Shown here piece after piece: positions 1 to 9,705 of a DNA stretch of 64,000 bases. The notes below the pieces were generated by a model, which saw only the letters and a program-made list of their open reading frames with translations, made no database searches and had not been told where the DNA came from. The position numbers and the translations under genes are program-made. The DNA comes from Bdellovibrionota bacterium (GTDB lineage Bacteria > Bdellovibrionota_C > UBA2361 > JAAYZI01), in contig JBMNIF010000002.1 of assembly GCA_050950765.1 (NCBI GenBank), forward strand, positions 448,001 to 512,000, written 5' to 3'. Each line of letters opens with the position of its first letter. Positions within the stretch are counted from its first letter, which is position 1.

Positions 1-752
1 CCTGGCCAAGCATAATTGCAGAGGTGTCTTTTAGCATCTTCGGAGATCCGTTTCTCTTCACATCCAAATTGTTGACAGGCACGAGAAACAAAAAAATCAC
101 CTAAAATTTTAACATCCTCTCCGCGCTCTCTGAGTGGTGGAAGTTTAATAGGGATAACTTGTAAACGATAAAAGAGATCTTCACGGAAACGTCCTGCTCT
201 AACCTCTTCTTTAAGATCTTTATTAGTAGCTGCGATTACCCGCACATCTATTTCAATAGAGCGGGTAGAACCGACAGGTTCAACTCTTTTTTCTTGTAAG
301 ACACGTAACAGTTTAACCTGCAACTTCGGACTCATCTCGCCTATTTCATCAAGGAAGATAGTTCCACCGTCAGCCATCTGGAAACGACCCACTCGAGAAC
401 TAACCGCACCGGTGAAAGCACCTTTTTCATGTCCGAACAATTCGCTTTCAAGGATCTCTTCCGGAATGGCACCGCAATTTACAGGGATAAGTGGACCATT
501 ACGACCACTCATCTTATGAGTAGCACGTGCTACTAACTCTTTTCCGGTTCCTGTTTCTCCAAGAATAAGAACTGTGGCATCAGTCCTAGCAACTTTTTCA
601 ATAATCCCGAAGACCCGTTGCATTTTATCGCTTTGGCTAATAATTCCTGAAAAGGAGGGAGGTAATTTTTTTGAAGGCTCCCTTGTTGGAAAATTTGAAT
701 TACATAAACAAGCGCTACTCTGTGAATCAGCTCTTGAAATAGAAGGTTGCAT
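1..752 (-). CDS. Sigma54-interacting AAA+ transcriptional activator, 3' end truncated by window edge; no N-terminal receiver domain
   Basis: Manual translation from ATG 752 (SD-like AAGGAG upstream): GETGTGKE Walker A, GAFTGA and GTIFLDEIG motifs. Not in the ORF track because it runs off the edge. Confidence 0.92.
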   Translation of the reverse strand, partial: MQPSISRADSQSSACLCNSNFPTREPSKKLPPSFSGIISQSDKMQRVFGIIEKVARTDATVLILGETGTGKELVARATHKMSGRNGPLIPVNCGAIPEEILESELFGHEKGAFTGAVSSRVGRFQMADGGTIFLDEIGEMSPKLQVKLLRVLQEKRVEPVGSTRSIEIDVRVIAATNKDLKEEVRAGRFREDLFYRLQVIPIKLPPLRERGEDVKILGDFFVSRACQQFGCEEKRISEDAKRHLCNYAWP

Positions 753-1082
753 ACGCTCTCCTTAGCAAATAACCTTTAAAAATACCGCGTCTTGTTCTTT
801 CCCCGAGAGCTCCCTGCCCCCAAATAAGGAAGAACAGACTTTAAAACGTCCTATTCCCGAACGCGTTACTACCGAAATGTCCAAGCCACACCCTAGACAC
901 TCTGTGTCAACTTTATGGCAAGAGTCGTACCAAGTGAGGGGAAAAAATTGCTTGGTGAGTCAAAAAACCAGACACGGAGCTAATATATTGGAATTAAAGG
1001 GAATTTTTTCTATGGTTTTTTACTTACTTGAAAAGATTCATTTTTTTTGTAAAATTTTTTTCACGGCTAATTCAAAAAAGTG

Positions 1083-1110
1083 TTCAGTTTTCTACTAAAG
1101 GTGTCGATAA
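1083..1110 (+). promoter_or_regulatory. Putative sigma28-type promoter
   Basis: TTCAGTTT-N12-GTCGATAA, same geometry as the motifs upstream of fliS and the flagellin in this window. Confidence 0.5.
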
Positions 1111-1167
1111 GTATGAAAACTTTGCGTACTTATGAAGCGCTTTACCGTATTGTGTCAATTTTTCTGT

Positions 1168-1964
1168 CTGGTGCCACCCTTCAGCAGACCCCCCCCCCCT
1201 TTAAAGTGGGTGGCACCAGTTTTTTAACCCCCGTGTAGCCGATCCGTTTTCCCGTTGCAGCCCGTTCAATCGTCCCTAACGGGTGGCACCATTTTAACCT
1301 CCGTCCAGATCTAGCTAATTCTGTCTTTAATATCAGCCCGCTCGATCGTCCCTAAAGGGTGGCACTTTTTACCTCCGTAGAAACCTAGCCGATCCGTTTT
1401 CCCATTGCAGCCCGCTCAATCGTCCCTAACGGGTGGCACCAAATTTTTGACCAGTCGCTAAGCCGTCAAAGCGACAAAAAAGAAGGGTGGCACCAGAGCC
1501 TAACCAACCCAAAAACGACAAAAATGAACGACAAAAATGAAGGGTGGCACCAAAACTGCCAAATTCTAAGCTTTTGCTAATATATTGATATTATTAGATG
1601 TTATAATTTTAGAGTCTTTTAGCACTAGTGGGTGGCACCAAATTTTTAACCCCCACCTTAAGCTGAAGGGTGGCACCAAATTTTTAACCTCCGTCCAGAT
1701 CTAGCTAATTCTGTCTTCAGTATCAGCCCGTTCTCCCGTTTCAGCCCGTTCAATCGTCCCTAAAGGGTGGCACCAAAACTGCCAAATTCTAAGCTTTTGC
1801 TAATATCTTGATATTATTAGATGTTATAATTTTAGAGTCTTTTAGCACTAGTGGGTGGCACCAAATTTTTAACCCCCACCTTAAGCTGAAGGGTGGCACC
1901 AGTTTTTTAACCTCCGTGCAGATCTAGCTAGTTCGCTCTTTAGTATCAGCCCGTCCGATCGTCC
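1168..1964. repeat. Mosaic array of a dispersed ~75-80 bp repeat with GGGTGGCACC core
   Basis: Core at 1208, 1281, 1357, 1431, 1485, 1542, 1630, 1668, 1765, 1853, 1891 and inverted at 1170; near-exact 223-bp-offset duplication (1542 vs 1765). Confidence 0.95.
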
Positions 1965-2567
1965 TTAGCGGATAACGCTATGTTCATCTTCCTTAACAAA
2001 AACCTTCAGATCTAAAACACGGTCTCCTACCCTTAGCCTTTCCGCTACACCTATGCCCTTTACGACCTGCCCGAATACAACATACTGCCCATCCATATGC
2101 GGAGCTCTACCGAGAATAATTCTAAACTGACTGCCGTGAGACCTTCTGGAGTGATCAAAATCAAGGTCGTTAGGCTTTCGCACCATTGAAAGCGCACCTA
2201 AGTCATGCTTACGATTATTAAATTCCGCTGGAAGGGTATAACCTGGACCAGAATTAGCCTTCACTCCTGAAGCACCTGTTTGAATCGCTAAATTGGGCAC
2301 GTATTTATGAAACTTTAAATTTTTGTAAAAACCTTTATCCGCTAGATACTTAAGATTTGCCACGTGCCAAGGCGCCTCCTCCGGATAAAGCCTAAAATAG
2401 ACCTCCCCCTTCTCTGTATAAAGGATGGCACTACGAATCTTTAACAACTCCTGTTTGGGCGGTAAAGAAAAAGGTGGGGTATCAAGTGCAAATAATGGCA
2501 CACAATTAAGGAGTAAGAACATCAAAACTATTAACGCGAAGTATTTGTTGTGGCGAGTCGTCTGCAT
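1965..2567 (-). CDS. Cyclophilin-type peptidyl-prolyl isomerase, exported
   Basis: LYPEEAPWHVANL, GFYKNLKFH, GALSM, GSQF and HMDGQYVVFGQV motifs; signal peptide. Confidence 0.9.
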   Translation of the reverse strand: MQTTRHNKYFALIVLMFLLLNCVPLFALDTPPFSLPPKQELLKIRSAILYTEKGEVYFRLYPEEAPWHVANLKYLADKGFYKNLKFHKYVPNLAIQTGASGVKANSGPGYTLPAEFNNRKHDLGALSMVRKPNDLDFDHSRRSHGSQFRIILGRAPHMDGQYVVFGQVVKGIGVAERLRVGDRVLDLKVFVKEDEHSVIR

Positions 2568-2757
2568 TTTGTAGTTAACTCTATCTTGTTTAACGCAAAA
2601 TTAAGTTCGGCTTTTTATGCACCGAATATCAGATCGTGGCTGTTGTTAAGAACTAATCGCTAGTATAATTAAGTGATTACACTATTGGAAGTACCATATT
2701 TAAAGGCTATTGTCACTTACACCGTGACACTTATGCCACATTTATCAATATCGGCGT

Positions 2758-4878
2758 ATGAGGCTTTGGAACATTAAGCTTATTTACATAACTCTGATTA
2801 TCAGCGTGCTTTTCAACCTAAAGGCCTACGCCGCTCCTTCAGAAGCGGTCGCCACAGAAGATAAGTTGGACATCACCTTACTACTTGATGCCTCAGCCAG
2901 CATGCGGGTAACAGATCCGTTAAAGTTACGTAACGAAGGCGCTAGATTATTAATCCAGTTATTACGCCCTGGTGATAGACTCGCTATTATCGAGTTTGCG
3001 GAAAAAGCAAAGGTTTTACGTCCTCTCAGTCCATTTGAGAGAGAACAAATTCCTGCTCTTTCAAATATCATCAATACCGTTGCAGATGATGGCGCTTATA
3101 CAAATTTATTAGCTCCGATCAAAACAAGTTTACAGATCTTAAAAGAAACCGGTCGTGGTGATGCACAAAAAGCGATCGTTATTTTCTCTGATGGAAAAAT
3201 GGATCCATCTGCCGAAGATGGCACTCCACAACAACTGACAGACGAATTGTTTGGCACCACGCTACCTCAAGCTATCGCAGCACAGATAAAACTTTACACC
3301 CTCTCTTTTAGTCAAGAAGCAGATAAGGAGTTATTAGCAAAAATAGCAACTACGACTGAAGGCGAGCATTGGTACACACCAACAGCTGATCAAATTCATC
3401 AATCTTTCGCCGATCTTTTCCTAGTGGCAAAAAAACCTCAACTCCTTCCCTTAACTAGCAAAGGCTTTCTAGTTGATGAAGACACAGAGGAGGCCACAAT
3501 TTATATCAGCCGTGAAGATAAAAGTGAGATATCCCTCATCAATCCTATGGGGATGATGATAACAAAGCAATCTCCTAACCCTAATATAAAGTGGTTTAAA
3601 GGAAGCAATTTCGATGTTGTCACTATTTTAATGCCACAAGCGGGGCAATGGAGCATTAACGGCATCACCAACAATAACAGTTTCGTCGCTATCATGACTA
3701 ACTTAAAACTAAATGTTGAATGGCCGCAATCTATCATCTCCGACATACCGGTGCTAATTCAGGCTCAACTATACGACTCTCAGAAACCGATCGTCTTACA
3801 ACCTATGACGGAAACTGTTAACTATCATTTTAAGATTACGCCGATAGATCGAGTTTCCGAACCGATTATGAACGAAACGCTTTTAGATAACGGTGAAGAT
3901 GGTGATAAAAAGGCTAATGACGGGATCTTTAGCCGACGTATTACAATCGAAGATGTCGGCGAATATAGACTCGGTGTAACAGCTATTGCACCAACATTTG
4001 AACGGTACCAACAAACTACTTTCCAAGTAAAACCACGCCTTATCACATTAGAGATCGTCAGTAGAGAAGAATCTGCTCTGGCACGGCTACAAGCTTCAGC
4101 ACATCAAGGCTCCGGCGAAACTTATAATGAATATTTTAAAGTTACCTTATCGCCCGAAGCTACTGCTTTAAACAAGGTTGAAGTAAAACTAATCGCCGTA
4201 GATAAAGATAAAAATTCACTAGTCCTTCCGATAAGATCAATTGATAATTATTTCGAGTGCGAGACTGATGTTCTACCACTCGAAGGTAAATATGAGATAA
4301 AAGCAGAATTAAAAGCTAAAACAAAATCAAGAAAACGGGGTGAAAGCAACGATATTCGCGCAGAAAGTCGCCCGATTACATATTTGAAAACACACACGAC
4401 AAACACTAATGACAGAGAAGAGATTACCCTCGTCACTATGAAACCCGTCCATAAAACAAACAAAAAATCAAAAGCCCTTAAAACTTTTTTAATCAATCTG
4501 TTAATCCTATCAGTCACCATTGTCTTACTAGGCTGGGCAATTTATGTTTCCTTAAAGAAACATCAGGATAAGAGCGCATCTTCAGAATCAGCCGATCTCC
4601 AGCACCTTTCTGCATTGGATTCAACAATTGCGGCTATTATGTCTTTAGAAGCACGCTCACAAAAGGTTGACGTAGACTTAAACGATCCGATCTTTACCGA
4701 CGATCGTTACCTTGCAGCAAACGCAGGACGTAAAATTTTAAACCAAGAAGATCAGGTCGCCCCTGCTGCTCCAGCTGATGTTGACGTTGATGTCGATGTT
4801 GACACTGACGTTGTTGACACCGAAGCTGACACTGACACCGACACTGAAAACCCTGACGACACAACTGAGGAGAGTTAA
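2758..4878 (+). CDS. Exported VWA-domain membrane-anchored protein with acidic tail
   Basis: Signal peptide, MIDAS LLLDASASM and FSDG; LLDNGEDGDKKANDGIFS motif; C-terminal TM helix; DV/DT repeats. Confidence 0.85.
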   Translation: MRLWNIKLIYITLIISVLFNLKAYAAPSEAVATEDKLDITLLLDASASMRVTDPLKLRNEGARLLIQLLRPGDRLAIIEFAEKAKVLRPLSPFEREQIPALSNIINTVADDGAYTNLLAPIKTSLQILKETGRGDAQKAIVIFSDGKMDPSAEDGTPQQLTDELFGTTLPQAIAAQIKLYTLSFSQEADKELLAKIATTTEGEHWYTPTADQIHQSFADLFLVAKKPQLLPLTSKGFLVDEDTEEATIYISREDKSEISLINPMGMMITKQSPNPNIKWFKGSNFDVVTILMPQAGQWSINGITNNNSFVAIMTNLKLNVEWPQSIISDIPVLIQAQLYDSQKPIVLQPMTETVNYHFKITPIDRVSEPIMNETLLDNGEDGDKKANDGIFSRRITIEDVGEYRLGVTAIAPTFERYQQTTFQVKPRLITLEIVSREESALARLQASAHQGSGETYNEYFKVTLSPEATALNKVEVKLIAVDKDKNSLVLPIRSIDNYFECETDVLPLEGKYEIKAELKAKTKSRKRGESNDIRAESRPITYLKTHTTNTNDREEITLVTMKPVHKTNKKSKALKTFLINLLILSVTIVLLGWAIYVSLKKHQDKSASSESADLQHLSALDSTIAAIMSLEARSQKVDVDLNDPIFTDDRYLAANAGRKILNQEDQVAPAAPADVDVDVDVDTDVVDTEADTDTDTENPDDTTEES

Positions 4879-4885
4879 GAGTATC

Positions 4886-5584
4886 GTGAATTATTCAGCA
4901 CTGCTTATCATTATTGGTATTGTAGAATCAGGCGTCATAGCTTACCTGCTCTGGACAAAGTTGGGTAAGGTGGCACGCTCGAAGGTTAAAACTGCCAATA
5001 CCTTAAATGAAGAGCTACAAAAAAGGATCGCTCTAAAAGACCAGATCAGTGCTGCTTTGCAAAATATGATTGAAGTCCGGCAACTCCGTCTCAAAGGTGA
5101 CGAATACAAAGTTGCTAAAGAATCTCTCAAAGCAGAACGGGGGCGCATTACTATTACACAAGCAGAGTTGGAAACAGTTGAAAATCGTTTGCGCGAATTA
5201 GAAGTTATTGAACGAGAGTTGGAAGCAAGCGCCGTAGAAACTCAGGAAGAAGTTAATATCTTAACAAAAAAGCGAAATGAACTGACTGATAAAAAAGCAT
5301 CTTTAGAACAACAGCTACTAGATTCCGATAAAAAGATGAGTGACGTTATGATGAAAATAGAGCTGTCCGCTCAAATGCGTAGCACTATTGATAAGATGCG
5401 ACACGACTTGGTAAAAACACAGGAACAGATCGATGTCCTCTTAGAAAAAGTTAGGCTCGGTAATGAACAGTATTTCATCATGAAGCAACGTTATGACGCT
5501 CTTGATATCGAATACGCACAACTATACGAGAAATTTTCAGCCTCCGAACTCGCCTCTGCGTCAAATGAAGAACATCCCCAATAA
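4886..5584 (+). CDS. Membrane-anchored coiled-coil hypothetical protein
   Basis: GTG start at 4886 just after the VWA stop; N-terminal TM then heptad-rich sequence. Confidence 0.75.
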   Translation: MNYSALLIIIGIVESGVIAYLLWTKLGKVARSKVKTANTLNEELQKRIALKDQISAALQNMIEVRQLRLKGDEYKVAKESLKAERGRITITQAELETVENRLRELEVIERELEASAVETQEEVNILTKKRNELTDKKASLEQQLLDSDKKMSDVMMKIELSAQMRSTIDKMRHDLVKTQEQIDVLLEKVRLGNEQYFIMKQRYDALDIEYAQLYEKFSASELASASNEEHPQ

Positions 5585-5588
5585 ACAA

Positions 5589-5673
5589 CAAATTTTTTAC
5601 CTCCGTTAAGATCTAGCTGATTCGTTTTGCAGTTGCAGCCCGTTCAGTTGTCCCTGAAGGGTGGCACCAAATT
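5589..5673 (+). repeat. Single copy of the GGGTGGCACC-core element bounded by CAAATT direct repeats
   Basis: CAAATT at 5589 and 5668 (79 bp apart); body matches units at 1218-1440. Confidence 0.9.
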
Positions 5674-5684
5674 CGCTTGTAAAT

Positions 5685-5704
5685 TTGTAAAATATATTTT
5701 ACAA
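5685..5704. promoter_or_regulatory. Perfect 20-bp palindrome, probable TA operator
   Basis: TTGTAAAATATATTTTACAA ending 10 bp before the toxin ATG. Confidence 0.7.
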
Positions 5705-5714
5705 TATATAATAT

Positions 5715-6047
5715 ATGGATTTTAAAGTTAGAGAGATCGTTGTTTTAGTTGATGATAATGGCAAATGTCCATATAGAGAATGGAGAAATAACATTCGAGA
5801 TACATCATTAGGTGCAGCAATCGATGCTAGATTAGCTAGAGTTAGGAACGGAAACTTTGGAGATCATAAATCAGTTGGTGCTGGTGTGTATGAACTTAGA
5901 ATCCCAAAAGGATCTGGTCTTAGAATTTATTACGCATTAGAAGGTGATGTTATTGTAGTATTACTTGCTGGTGGTGATAAAAAAAGTCAAAGCAAAGATA
6001 TTATCCTAGCAAAAAAACTTTGGGAGGATTATCAGAATGAAACTTGA
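5715..6047 (+). CDS. Type II TA toxin, RelE/HigB-like addiction module killer family
   Basis: GNFGDHKSVGAGVYELRI, GLRIYY and LLAGGDKKSQSKDI signature; toxin-first order. Confidence 0.92.
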   Translation: MDFKVREIVVLVDDNGKCPYREWRNNIRDTSLGAAIDARLARVRNGNFGDHKSVGAGVYELRIPKGSGLRIYYALEGDVIVVLLAGGDKKSQSKDIILAKKLWEDYQNET

Positions 6048-6327
6048 AAGTTATGAGAATGAAATTAAAGAAAGACTAAAAGATCCTGACTATGCCGTTG
6101 AATATCTAACAGATGTGTTAGCTAATGAATCACAAGAAACGTTCTTAATTGCATTAAAAGATGTAATTGATGCAAGGGGTGTTCAGATATCAAAACTATC
6201 TGAAGAATCTGGTGTCACACGCCAAGCCCTATATCACTTACTTTCAGATAAAGGTAATCCAACATTGACAACTTTTGTCTCTATTCTTAAAAGCTTGGGG
6301 TTTACTTTACAGATTAAAGCAGCTTAA
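6037..6327 (+). CDS. Type II TA antitoxin, HTH addiction module antidote (HigA-like)
   Basis: ISKLSEESGVTRQALYHLLSDKGNPTLTTFVSILKSLG HTH; overlaps the toxin stop. Confidence 0.92.
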   Translation: MKLESYENEIKERLKDPDYAVEYLTDVLANESQETFLIALKDVIDARGVQISKLSEESGVTRQALYHLLSDKGNPTLTTFVSILKSLGFTLQIKAA

Positions 6328-6848
6328 CGTTGTAAGTATTTACAAAAAGATCCCACACTACTAAAGGGCAGCATCAAATTTTTAATCACCAAGCCCTATA
6401 TCACTTACTTTCGGATAAAGGTAATCCAACATTGACCTGTTGCAGATCTGCCCTTCCGTGACGACTGCACGGGCTGAAACTGAAAAAAAGATCAGTCAGA
6501 TTTCTACGGAGGTTAAAAATTTGTGTCTGTTCTTAAAAGTTTGGGGTTCACTTTACAGATTAAAGCAGCTTAACGTTGTCCGCTCTTACTGTTGGGTAGC
6601 ACCAAATTTTTAACCACTAAGCCCTATATCACTTACTTTCGGATAAAGGTAATCCAACATTGACCTGTTGCAGATCTGCCCTTCCGTGACGGCTGGAGGG
6701 GCTGAAACTGAAAAACGGAACAGTCAGATTTCTACGGAGGTTAAAAATTTGTGTCTGTTCTTAAAAGCTTGGGGTTTACTTTACAGATCAAAGCAGCTTA
6801 ACGTTGTCCGCTCTTACTGTTGGGTAGCACCAAATTTTTAACCCCAAA
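6328..6848. repeat. Copy of the ABC-F 3' end followed by two partial copies of the antitoxin 3' end, each interrupted by the dispersed element
   Basis: 6328-6376 matches 7219-7267; AAGCCCTATATC at 6391 and 6619 (228-bp period); inverted element at 6437-6522 and 6665-6750. Confidence 0.92.
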
Positions 6849-7218
6849 ATGAAACTTGAAAGTTATGAGAATAAAATTAAAGAAAGACTAAAAGATCCTG
6901 ACTATGCCGTTGAATATCTAACAGATGTGTTAGCTAATGAATCACAAGAAACGTTCTTAATTGCATTAAAAGATGTAATTGATGCAAGGGGTGTTCAGAT
7001 ATCAAAACTATCTGAAGAATCTGGTGTCACACGCCAAGCCCTATATCACTTACTTTCGGATAAAAGTAATCCAACATTAACCTGTTGCAGATCTGCCCTT
7101 CCGTGACGGTTGCACGGGCTGAAACTGAAAAACGGATCGGCTAGATTTCTACGGAGGTTAAAAATTTGTGTCTGTTCTTAAAAGCTTGGGGTTCACTTTA
7201 CAGATCAAAGCAGCTTAA
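6849..7218 (+). pseudogene. Second antitoxin copy split by an ~86-bp insertion
   Basis: Near-identical to 6037-6327; insertion at about 7082-7167 ends the ORF at 7106 with CCRSALP*. Confidence 0.85.
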
Positions 7219-7251
7219 CGTTATAAGTATTTACAAAAAGATCCCACACTA

Positions 7252-9048
7252 CTAAAGGGCAGCATCAGCCAACTCTTCCCATCTAGCATAAAGCCTTTCG
7301 ACCTCTTTCTTTGCCCTCTCCCAATCCTGAGTGGCTTGCAGAGCTGTTTCTGCATTACTCATCTGTTGCGGATCGTTAATTATCTCTTGATACTTCTGCA
7401 AAGTTTCTTCAGCAAGTAAGATCGCTTCTTCCATACCATCCAACTCGCGCTGCTCCATATAAGTCAACTTCTTTCTATCACTCTTTACGGGAGCATCTTT
7501 TTTCTTATCTATCTCTGATCTAGGTTTATCTGTTTTTAAGGGTGTACTTAGAGCGCCCTCCCACTGGGCATAATCAGCATAGGTTAAAACTTTCCCATTA
7601 TTTTGAATATCGATCCCGATAAAAGTATCACAAACTCGGTCTATTAAATAACGATCATGCGTAACCAATACCACAGCACCCGCAAACTCTTTTAAACTCT
7701 GCTCTAAAGATTCCATAGCCGGAATATCTAGATCGTTAGTCGGTTCATCCAGTAGTAACACATCCGCCGGTGTTAACATTAACTGCGCAATAGCTAGCCT
7801 CGCTTGCTCACCACCAGAAAGCTCTTTAACTTTCAGATCGATCTGATCTGCTCTAAATTGAAAACGGGCTGCCCAACCGTACAGATGAATAGACTGCCCA
7901 TTAAAAACCACACTATCACCGTGACTACATAAAGCACGACGCACGCTCCATTCCGGATCTAAGTTGGATCTATTCTGTTTAAAGGTTGCTATCTTTAGAT
8001 CAGGAGCGTGGATAACTGAACCGCCACTCGGTTGCAACTCTTTAGCAAGAACCTTTAATATCGTAGTTTTCCCACTGCCGTTCGGCCCTAACACTCCGAG
8101 ACGTGAAGTAGGAGAGATTATCAGATTCAATCCTTTAAAAACCTCTTTATCTTTGAAACGTTTTGCAGCACCTTTAACTTCTATCAACTTCTTTGTCTTA
8201 CGTTCAGATGCTGAAAATGAGATATCTGTCGAAGACTCCCTTAAGCGTTCTGAAGTTGCTTCAAGTTTATCCATCAGATCATAAGCTTGATCCGTTCTGT
8301 ACTTAGCTCGAGTCCCACGTGCTTTAATCCCTTGACGCAACCACTCCGTTTCACGGCGCACCTTATTGGCAAGCACCTCTTTTTCACGCATTTGCGCATC
8401 TAAAAAGAGCTCTCTTTGTTCAAGAAAACGTCGATAATCTCCATCAACTATCAGATACCCTTTCGGATAAGCGCGGTTTATTTCAAGAATTCTTTGGGTG
8501 GTGCGTTGCAAAAACCACCTATCGTGTGTAATTGCGATCCAAGCAAAAGAAGCAGATCGAAGTGTCGTCTCAAGCCAAAGAATACCTTCTAGATCAAGGT
8601 GATTAGTCGGCTCATCTAAAAAAAGCACCTCCGGAGATTGTACCAATGCACACGCCAAAGCTAAACGCTTTTTCATACCACCAGAAAGATCTGCTACCCT
8701 ACCTTCCGTTAAGCAGGCTTGTCTGCCAATAATAGAAACTAACTTATTGCGCTCTTCTTCTGAAAGTTTAGAACTTTTAGCGCTCTGCTCTAAGGTTGAA
8801 ATGACCTCTGCATCTTCAGGGAAAGAAGGGCTCTGATCTACAAAAGCAAGTGAGAGATCTTTCTTCTGTGCAACTACTCCCTCGTCAGGATCCTGCCTCT
8901 TACCCAAGATAGAAAGTAGGGTCGATTTACCGCAGCCGTTACGCCCAATAACACCGAGCTTCTCACCTTCGTTAATTGTTAAGGTGAGTCCTTGAAAAAG
9001 CGGATCCCCTGTAAAAGTTTTACTAATATTTGAGCACGAAATAAGCAT
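7252..9048 (-). CDS. uup: ABC-F family ATPase, Uup-like
   Basis: Two ABC domains (GRNGCGKS, LSGG, LDEPTNHLD; GPNGSGKT, LDEPTNDLD), no TM segments, KKLTYMEQRE and YARWEEL C-terminal domain. Confidence 0.88.
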   Translation of the reverse strand: MLISCSNISKTFTGDPLFQGLTLTINEGEKLGVIGRNGCGKSTLLSILGKRQDPDEGVVAQKKDLSLAFVDQSPSFPEDAEVISTLEQSAKSSKLSEEERNKLVSIIGRQACLTEGRVADLSGGMKKRLALACALVQSPEVLFLDEPTNHLDLEGILWLETTLRSASFAWIAITHDRWFLQRTTQRILEINRAYPKGYLIVDGDYRRFLEQRELFLDAQMREKEVLANKVRRETEWLRQGIKARGTRAKYRTDQAYDLMDKLEATSERLRESSTDISFSASERKTKKLIEVKGAAKRFKDKEVFKGLNLIISPTSRLGVLGPNGSGKTTILKVLAKELQPSGGSVIHAPDLKIATFKQNRSNLDPEWSVRRALCSHGDSVVFNGQSIHLYGWAARFQFRADQIDLKVKELSGGEQARLAIAQLMLTPADVLLLDEPTNDLDIPAMESLEQSLKEFAGAVVLVTHDRYLIDRVCDTFIGIDIQNNGKVLTYADYAQWEGALSTPLKTDKPRSEIDKKKDAPVKSDRKKLTYMEQRELDGMEEAILLAEETLQKYQEIINDPQQMSNAETALQATQDWERAKKEVERLYARWEELADAAL

Positions 9049-9315
9049 ATCAATTCTTTATAGTTAAGAGATACAAGGAGTGATCTTACTTCACGCTTCT
9101 ATATAAAATCAATCAACTTAAAAAAGGCACCATCAGAACACACTTTAAAAGATACAAAAGGCATAAAGAACACTTAAAATATTTCAGATGACGATGCTGG
9201 CGCAAAGTGAAACAAGGGGCTAGGATATATCTTCTCATCTTTTAAATTAAATCTGTACCGCATCCATAAGTTGTTGCATAGGAACACCTAACCTATTTTA
9301 CACTCAGGTTACGTA

Positions 9316-9537
9316 ATGACTGATGATTGTTTAGATAAGAGGACTCGAGCAGAAGATATCTTACTCGGCTCAATCGGACTGGATGAAGACGCTCATATCG
9401 TTAACGTCTCCAGAACTGCAGACGGCTATCAAGGAATCGCCGTATGGAGTGACGGAGAAAAATTTAATTTTGAATCAGACGGTGGACTGACTCCTTTAGA
9501 AGAGTGGGCATTAAATATCTTTCTTGCAGGTAAGTAA
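9316..9537 (+). CDS. Small acidic hypothetical protein
   Basis: 73-aa ATG ORF with protein-like composition filling an intergenic gap. Confidence 0.65.
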   Translation: MTDDCLDKRTRAEDILLGSIGLDEDAHIVNVSRTADGYQGIAVWSDGEKFNFESDGGLTPLEEWALNIFLAGK

Positions 9538-9643
9538 CTATTATTTATAATCTCTCAATATTATAAAATTACCACCTTCATCTTCTATTTTTGAGAGGCG
9601 AGGTAGTGCTGTGTTCTATACAGCACTTAGGATGCTACATACT

Positions 9644-9674
9644 AAAAAGGACACCTACCTTGTGTAGGTGTCCT
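9644..9674 (-). terminator. Intrinsic terminator after fliS
   Basis: AGGACACCTAC/GTAGGTGTCCT stem with a U-tract on the minus strand. Confidence 0.8.
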
Positions 9675-9705
9675 AAAAAAATATAGATCATGGAGAAGAA
9701 ACTTG

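Noticed and set aside
574..1098. Plus-strand ORFs 574-765 and 877-1098
   Set aside because: One is antisense to the sigma54 activator and the other lies in its AT-rich promoter region; most other short overlapping ORFs in the track are likewise shadows.
1168..1964. CRISPR or integron attC array
   Set aside because: Core is only ~10 bp, intervals are irregular and repeated, and there are no cassette ORFs or RYYYAAC/GTTRRRY ends.
4778..4885. N-terminal extension of the coiled-coil ORF
   Set aside because: Alternate-frame reading of the VWA DV/DT repeat; GTG 4886 is the better start.
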